From the NCBI GenBank assembly GCA_964641245.1, contig CAZXML010000004.1, positions 5,418-69,417 of the forward strand: 64,000 bases of DNA, given 5' to 3'. Below, piece after piece: positions 63,711 to 64,000 of the stretch. Position 1 is the stretch's first letter, and each line of letters starts with the position of its first letter. Position numbers and translations under genes: made by a program. Source of the stretch: an uncultured Gammaproteobacteria bacterium (GTDB taxonomy: Bacteria > Patescibacteriota > Patescibacteriia > Magasanikbacterales > GWA2-37-8). The notes beneath the pieces are model-generated. The model was not told where the DNA came from, ran no database searches, and saw only the letters and a program-made list of their open reading frames with translations.

Positions 63711-64000
63711 TTATTCTATCTTGATAATTTTATAGGCGACTTCATGGTCGCCTATTTTAATTTTTATGTTTTCGCCGATTTTACGGCCAATCAGCGCCAT
63801 GCCAATAGGGGAGCTGTAGGAAATAATTCCTTTGTGCGGATTGGTTTCCGAAGAACCGAGGATTTGATATGTTTTTTGCTTGCCCGCACTTTCCACAGTC
63901 ACCTTATGACCCAGTTGAACCGTGTCAATTTGTTTTTGCGGGCTGATGATGACCGCGTGTTTGAGTTGGTTTTCTGTTTTGGTAATAGCGTCATTAATTC
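63711..64000 (-). CDS. greA: GreA/GreB transcription elongation factor, C-terminal part
   Basis: VQLGHKVTV..YQILGSSETNP..IISYSSPIGMALIG; runs off the window end. Confidence 0.8.
   Translation of the reverse strand, partial: INDAITKTENQLKHAVIISPQKQIDTVQLGHKVTVESAGKQKTYQILGSSETNPHKGIISYSSPIGMALIGRKIGENIKIKIGDHEVAYKIIKIE

Noticed and set aside
1-64000. Alternative genetic code (UGA=Gly)
   Set aside because: Conserved genes are full length under code 11, and TGA serves as stop (for example tspO and the GT2 gene).

Overview
Chromosomal segment of a reduced-genome bacterium. Gene content and style suggest Patescibacteria/CPR (Parcubacteria-like; inference), with standard code 11 and roughly 40% GC by eye. 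Core content: a CIRCE-controlled hrcA-grpE-dnaK-dnaJ operon, rnhA, murA, ctpA, era, rplI, pyrG, a glycosylation cluster, recJ, lepA, murJ, mraZ-rsmH-ftsL, SWIB, a DEAD-box helicase, gdhA, tdk, two large surface proteins, secA, tRNA-Asn, a TspO/MsrB/MsrA/SOUL cluster, and a partial greA. The main unexplained signal is at least four families of short dispersed structured repeats. Family B has 10 copies of a pyrimidine-arm/purine-arm/mirror-purine-arm element that covaries like an intramolecular triplex; 6 copies surround a DUF559 endonuclease gene, a REPtron-like layout. Family C consists of inverted arrays of 7-8 nt tandem repeats that bracket a four-helix-bundle (IVS/Avd-like) gene and also occur as empty copies. 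Family A comprises TGTCAT...ATGACA double-hairpin elements, some translated in frame inside RsmH and SecA. Family D is a hairpin element whose 3' end supplies start codons. No CRISPR array, integrase, reverse transcriptase or canonical transposase was seen. All calls come from manual reading and motif recall, not database searches.
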